DNA of 64,000 bases, taken from positions 62,001 through 126,000 of IMG/VR virus record IMGVR_UViG_3300018004_000004. One strand, given 5' to 3'. Shown here piece after piece: positions 60,018 to 64,000 of this stretch. The notes below the pieces were generated by a model. It made no database searches. It was not told where the DNA came from and saw nothing but the letters and a program-made list of their open reading frames with translations. The position numbers and the translations under genes are program-made. How positions within the stretch are numbered: the stretch's first letter is position 1; each line of letters opens with the position of its first letter.

Positions 60018-62483
60018 TTAGCCGTTCAGGTTAATACCGATTGTGGCATTCAACTGAACCAGCTCATTTGCAGGAACGAAGCTGATCTGGATTGAAGCCT
60101 GACCAATCTTCTGCTGAGCTGGAGTGGATGTGATCGTGAAGTTGTAGCTCGAGAGATAACCGCGCTTCTGGAGGTTCAAGCAGTCGGCGTCAAGAGCAGT
60201 CTTCAAGGCCACCAAGGACAAACCATCGTTGGTTCCGTTGCCAATGTAGTTGTTGGCCTCTCCCAGAACTGTCTGGATGACCAAGAACTTGATGCGCTGA
60301 CGGAGAGCCAGAGTATAATCGCTTGCCACTGTTGCCGCGGTCTTGTCGATCAAGGCAACCGGCAGAACACCCACACCCTTGTAACGAAGCATGTTGATGT
60401 CTGCGAATGTGAGAGCATCGAGCTGGTTGAGGCTTGCACGATAGAGCTGCTGTGCACCCGCAACTGGCTTGTTGGTAACTGCCTTCTGCTGGTCGAGCGT
60501 GCTGACCAAGCCGGCGATGATACCAGCAATGTTGCCGACGTAAGTGCCGTAGCCGTTCGACAGGAGAGCGTAATCACCCTGTGGACAGAGATAAGCACCC
60601 ATATCAACCTTGTAGCCGTTGCTGTCGATTTCCGGGCCACCATCGTACTCACCCGAGTCTGTATCAAACAGACCAGGCAGACGGTAACCATTACTCCAGT
60701 CGGCGCATGCCGAGTTCAACGAGCTGGCGCTGCAGCCAACCAACCAAGGAGTACCCAGCAAACCGCCACCTGACGTTGCCGGATTACCTGTGACCGGGTT
60801 ATAGGTCGGCAGATAGCCGATCCATGCCTTCACAGCCGGGAGCGAGAAGTTGCTCAAGCTTGCGGGACCACCAAAGCCGATGAAGCCGAGGCAGCCGCCA
60901 TTGTCAGCCTGAGGAGCTTCGCTCTGATTGAAGCAGAAGCGCGCGAGCTGATAAGCGAAGTTGACTTCGTGGAATCCGGACTGTTGGACTGTTCCACCAG
61001 CGCCGACACCAGATGCCAAACGAGTAGCAGCAGTGGAGAAGCTGAACACAACAGGAGTCGTCGGAGAAACCTGACCCTGAAGCAGAGCAGAAGCCAGCTG
61101 CTGGTTGTTGGAGTTGTAGAAGTGAGCATCCGAGGCCCACTGATAAATAGGATTGCCGGAGGCGTCAACACCAGTCCACAACCAGTCAAGAGCGTTGGGG
61201 TTCGTAACTGGATTGTTGATGGCTGTCGAGGCGCCTGTATAGAACGCAACGTTCGGGTTGTCACCGAGAGCGCCAGGAGTGATTGCTTCATCGATCGGGA
61301 AGCCCTGGAGCAGGTTGATTGCATTCTGTTGTGCGATGTACAGCTGGCGGCCAGTGAGACCGATACCTGTGATTGGCGCGACGTATACTGCACCACCACC
61401 GATGTTCTGGATCTCAACAGCATTTGCCAAACTGTCTGTACCAGTACCGATTGCGGTACCAGCAATAGCAGAACCTGTAACCTGGGAATCACCAGTGTTC
61501 AGGATTGCGGAGCTGCCTGTCACGGCCGGGTCGTTAGACCAGACCACCTGGTTATCAAGCCACAGAGAGAGCAAGCCGTTCTTGTACCACACGCTGTAAC
61601 GCGAGTTGGCATCTGCTTCGACCTGGCCCAAAGTGATGAGTAAGCCAGGATATGCAGCAACCGGCTGCTGGCCGTAAGCTGGAGTTGCAGACAGAGTACC
61701 TGCTGTAAGAGTGTAAGGACCGCCCACTGTGAAAGGACCAGCAGCAGTCAATACGATATCGTGTGTACCAATGCTCAGAACTTCGTACACTCCGTCCAAA
61801 GCAGACGAAGGAGAACCAAGACCAGCATCAGTCAAACCTGCCAGTGTAACCTGGGCGCCGACCACAACACCCGCAGTAGGAGAACCAGAATAATGCAGAT
61901 CAACTGTCGTTGCAGTCAATGCTTGAACTGTCTGGAAGTTAGCAAACGTATCTGCGATCGCCGTTGGAGTTTCAATAGCGTGATCAGGCGAACCAATCTG
62001 GTCCACCAGGATTGTGTTGCCAACGACCTGTGAAATCGGCTGTGCTGCGATATTGTAACCGGCGAAGGAGAAACCTGTTACTGTAAGAGGAGCCCCATCA
62101 ACCAGGTCAGCAGTCGGAGGAAATGCAGTTGTGTAGGTGATAACACCATCAGACAGAACTGCGCTAATGATGGCATTGTTCGGACCAAAACCGGATCCAG
62201 AAGTTCCAACCAGAAGAGTGCCCTGAGCAGTACCGACGCGCATCAGGTAAACATTGTCGCAGTATACGGCCGCTTCAGACATCCCGCGGATTAGCGTACC
62301 TTGCAGCCCGAAAAGAGTGGTTGCTGTAGCAACGCTTACAACCTGATAAGGGCTGTTTGCGGGTCCAGTCGCGGAGGTACCAAGGACCATGATGGATTGA
62401 TTTGTTGGGGTGTTAACGGCGGCCAGACCACCGTCTACGGTCTGTACCTGGACACCCGGCAGATTTGCAAAAGTGAAGGACAT
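60018..62483 (-). CDS. contractile tail sheath protein
   Basis: N-terminal LPGVQVQTVDGG...VLGTSATGPANSPY; C-terminal QLDALT...N.YIG...SFVPANELVQL. Confidence 0.9.
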   Translation of the reverse strand: MSFTFANLPGVQVQTVDGGLAAVNTPTNQSIMVLGTSATGPANSPYQVVSVATATTLFGLQGTLIRGMSEAAVYCDNVYLMRVGTAQGTLLVGTSGSGFGPNNAIISAVLSDGVITYTTAFPPTADLVDGAPLTVTGFSFAGYNIAAQPISQVVGNTILVDQIGSPDHAIETPTAIADTFANFQTVQALTATTVDLHYSGSPTAGVVVGAQVTLAGLTDAGLGSPSSALDGVYEVLSIGTHDIVLTAAGPFTVGGPYTLTAGTLSATPAYGQQPVAAYPGLLITLGQVEADANSRYSVWYKNGLLSLWLDNQVVWSNDPAVTGSSAILNTGDSQVTGSAIAGTAIGTGTDSLANAVEIQNIGGGAVYVAPITGIGLTGRQLYIAQQNAINLLQGFPIDEAITPGALGDNPNVAFYTGASTAINNPVTNPNALDWLWTGVDASGNPIYQWASDAHFYNSNNQQLASALLQGQVSPTTPVVFSFSTAATRLASGVGAGGTVQQSGFHEVNFAYQLARFCFNQSEAPQADNGGCLGFIGFGGPASLSNFSLPAVKAWIGYLPTYNPVTGNPATSGGGLLGTPWLVGCSASSLNSACADWSNGYRLPGLFDTDSGEYDGGPEIDSNGYKVDMGAYLCPQGDYALLSNGYGTYVGNIAGIIAGLVSTLDQQKAVTNKPVAGAQQLYRASLNQLDALTFADINMLRYKGVGVLPVALIDKTAATVASDYTLALRQRIKFLVIQTVLGEANNYIGNGTNDGLSLVALKTALDADCLNLQKRGYLSSYNFTITSTPAQQKIGQASIQISFVPANELVQLNATIGINLNG

Positions 62484-62503
62484 CTTTTCCTCCGGAAGTT
62501 TCT

Positions 62504-63193
62504 TTACGGACTAGGAATCTTGTATTCTTCAACCAGATCGATAGACTGCTCTGGGTTAGGCGGTCCGCCCACCGTGACATTAATCGACTCTAGGTTCTTA
62601 CATTCGAAAGTCTCGATCAACTCAAGTCGAACGTTGTAATCCAGATGACGGAAATGAACTTCTTGCCCGTACTCTCTGGTGAACTGACATGGCCCACGTT
62701 CCTCGAATGTCATGTAGTGTACGCCGCGGGCTTTGAAGAAACTAAGGTCAAAGATGTACCGCATCATCATCTTATGAAACCACTTAGTTACTTGGTCGGC
62801 ACGCTCGCTTGACAGTGAATGACATACGAAGCGTACGGTCATCATCTCCCACCACGCGATCGTAATCAGCGAGTAGCCTTTCTTGGTCGGGTGCGGGCGT
62901 CTTTCTCTTAGCGTCGGTCCTTTAGGGATCCGAAGCCCTTTGGGGTCTGTTGCTGCTCGAACGGACTTTTGGATACCAAAAATGATGACATCGAAACTCG
63001 TATCGAAGTTCCCCAGGTTATCCTTAGGGAACTCAGCCACAAGAATAGGTGCCTTTTGGCCTGGAGGGCCAGCGGAAGCAAGGTGCAGCTTCATAGCCTC
63101 GCCAACCGCATCGAAAAAGGTATCCCAGTCAACGGCAGGGAGTGGTGAGCGGGTCAAGTACAACGGTTGATGTGCTTCATTCGTTGGGCCCAT
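62504..63193 (-). CDS. putative tail terminator/completion protein
   Basis: Immediately upstream of the sheath; ATG 63193 with GGAG RBS. Confidence 0.6.
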   Translation of the reverse strand: MGPTNEAHQPLYLTRSPLPAVDWDTFFDAVGEAMKLHLASAGPPGQKAPILVAEFPKDNLGNFDTSFDVIIFGIQKSVRAATDPKGLRIPKGPTLRERRPHPTKKGYSLITIAWWEMMTVRFVCHSLSSERADQVTKWFHKMMMRYIFDLSFFKARGVHYMTFEERGPCQFTREYGQEVHFRHLDYNVRLELIETFECKNLESINVTVGGPPNPEQSIDLVEEYKIPSP

Positions 63194-63211
63194 CGACAAA
63201 CTCCATTCCAA

Positions 63212-63228
63212 CCTGATTAGTATAGTAG
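63212..63228 (-). promoter_or_regulatory. putative phage promoter motif CTACTATACTAATCAGG
   Basis: Intergenic; identical to 4368-4384. Confidence 0.62.
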
Positions 63229-63240
63229 AATCAAGGACCT

Positions 63241-63876
63241 TTAAACAGTGACCTTCTCACAGCCTAGCTCAAAGAACTCTATGCGGCCGTTGTCTCCGTG
63301 GTGTGCTGTAAGGGTACGTATCCGCCATTCCTCAGTCCTAATCATGGCCGGATCCATCTGCCCATCCGGACCGACTTTAAGCTCGAAAAGCTTATCAGGC
63401 GCCGGGCGGGTAGGAATCGAGTAGCGTTCATAGTCCGGGACGTCGTACCAGAACATGAACGCCAGGCATCTATCGGAGTCCTGGACGCCTATAGGAGAGA
63501 TCTGACCATGCTGCTGAATCTGAGTGGCGCTGCCCAAAACCGAGCCAAAGTTCTTGGCGAAATAGACTGTCTTGATCTCCTCGGTAAAAAGGTAACCCTC
63601 ACCATTGCAGTAGACACAGTTAGGGTCCGGAGAACCATTCTGAACACCAAAAGATAGATAGCACTGGCACTTAGTGTTAGAGAGCTTGCGATAGATCGCC
63701 GGCCGGCCAACACCAGGATCCTCAAAATCACCATTCATAGTACGCGCGAACCACTCACGAAGATCGAATGCAGTCATCTCCGGATAGGCAGTATCCTCGA
63801 ATGAGCCCGAGACGGGTCTATTAGGATTCTGTTGATTGTAGCTCGGCAGACCTTTATTGATGATGATCTGTGACAT
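63241..63876 (-). CDS. putative head-closure/neck protein
   Basis: CQC......P...CVYCNGEGY Zn motif, as in neck proteins of large myophages; ATG 63876 follows the upstream stop. Confidence 0.65.
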   Translation of the reverse strand: MSQIIINKGLPSYNQQNPNRPVSGSFEDTAYPEMTAFDLREWFARTMNGDFEDPGVGRPAIYRKLSNTKCQCYLSFGVQNGSPDPNCVYCNGEGYLFTEEIKTVYFAKNFGSVLGSATQIQQHGQISPIGVQDSDRCLAFMFWYDVPDYERYSIPTRPAPDKLFELKVGPDGQMDPAMIRTEEWRIRTLTAHHGDNGRIEFFELGCEKVTV

Positions 63877-63878
63877 GG

Positions 63879-64000
63879 TTATCCATTGCCTACAAGTGTC
63901 AAGCAAATATCTGCAAGTGTAGTATCCGGTGTGACTGGGCCGTCTATTTCTAGTAGATCAGTAGCAAGAAAAGACGAATCTGAAGCCTGTGTAAACGTCG
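63879..64000 (-). CDS. 3' end of a virion protein sharing the C-terminal domain of 20031-21251
   Basis: TFTQASDSSFLATDLLEIDGPVTPDTTLADICLTLVGNG* vs VFTQASNQAFAPGDLLEIDGPATPDTTLADVGIVLWGYRTS*. Confidence 0.8.
   Translation of the reverse strand, partial: TFTQASDSSFLATDLLEIDGPVTPDTTLADICLTLVGNG

Noticed and set aside
12766-63657. Numerous + strand and nested ORFs in the ORF track over the structural operon
   Set aside because: They are antisense or out-of-frame shadows of long coupled - strand genes, with no RBS or recognisable motifs.
1-64000. Stop-codon reassignment, as seen in some large phages
   Set aside because: Genes up to 5.9 kb are uninterrupted under the standard code, and TGA ends several coupled genes through ATGA overlaps.

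Overview
The window is part of a large tailed dsDNA bacteriophage genome (contractile tail, jumbo-phage-like organisation) read with the standard genetic code. It has two convergent blocks that meet at a strong hairpin/terminator near 12.45 kb. Block 1 (1-12.4 kb, + strand) is a translation island. It holds 26 tRNA genes, two non-canonical tRNA-like genes, a tmRNA (tag AEFEELPLAA), a Pth2-type peptidyl-tRNA hydrolase, a Dbr1-like metallophosphoesterase, an HNH nuclease, many small ORFs and several structured intergenic RNAs that I cannot assign to a family. Many tRNAs break near-universal rules: five have C33 instead of U33, an initiator-like tRNA-Met has a long variable arm, and a tRNA-Leu lacks one. 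Block 2 (12.5-64 kb, - strand) is the neck/tail/baseplate/fibre operon: head-closure-like, tail-terminator-like, sheath, three tube-family paralogues, chaperones, hub with a lytic-transglycosylase insert, gp25-like, gpJ-like and gpI-like wedge proteins, and fibres. The most striking signal is at the tape-measure position, which holds two giant proteins. One carries an intact DEDDh 3'-5' exonuclease domain. The other carries both catalytic signatures of a single-chain two-barrel RNA polymerase (GAKIDIAGVKG; ARHP...GADDDKD), i.e. a candidate tail-delivered virion RNAP. An IscA-type Fe-S carrier gene sits just upstream of them. All calls come from reading motifs by eye; no database search was run.
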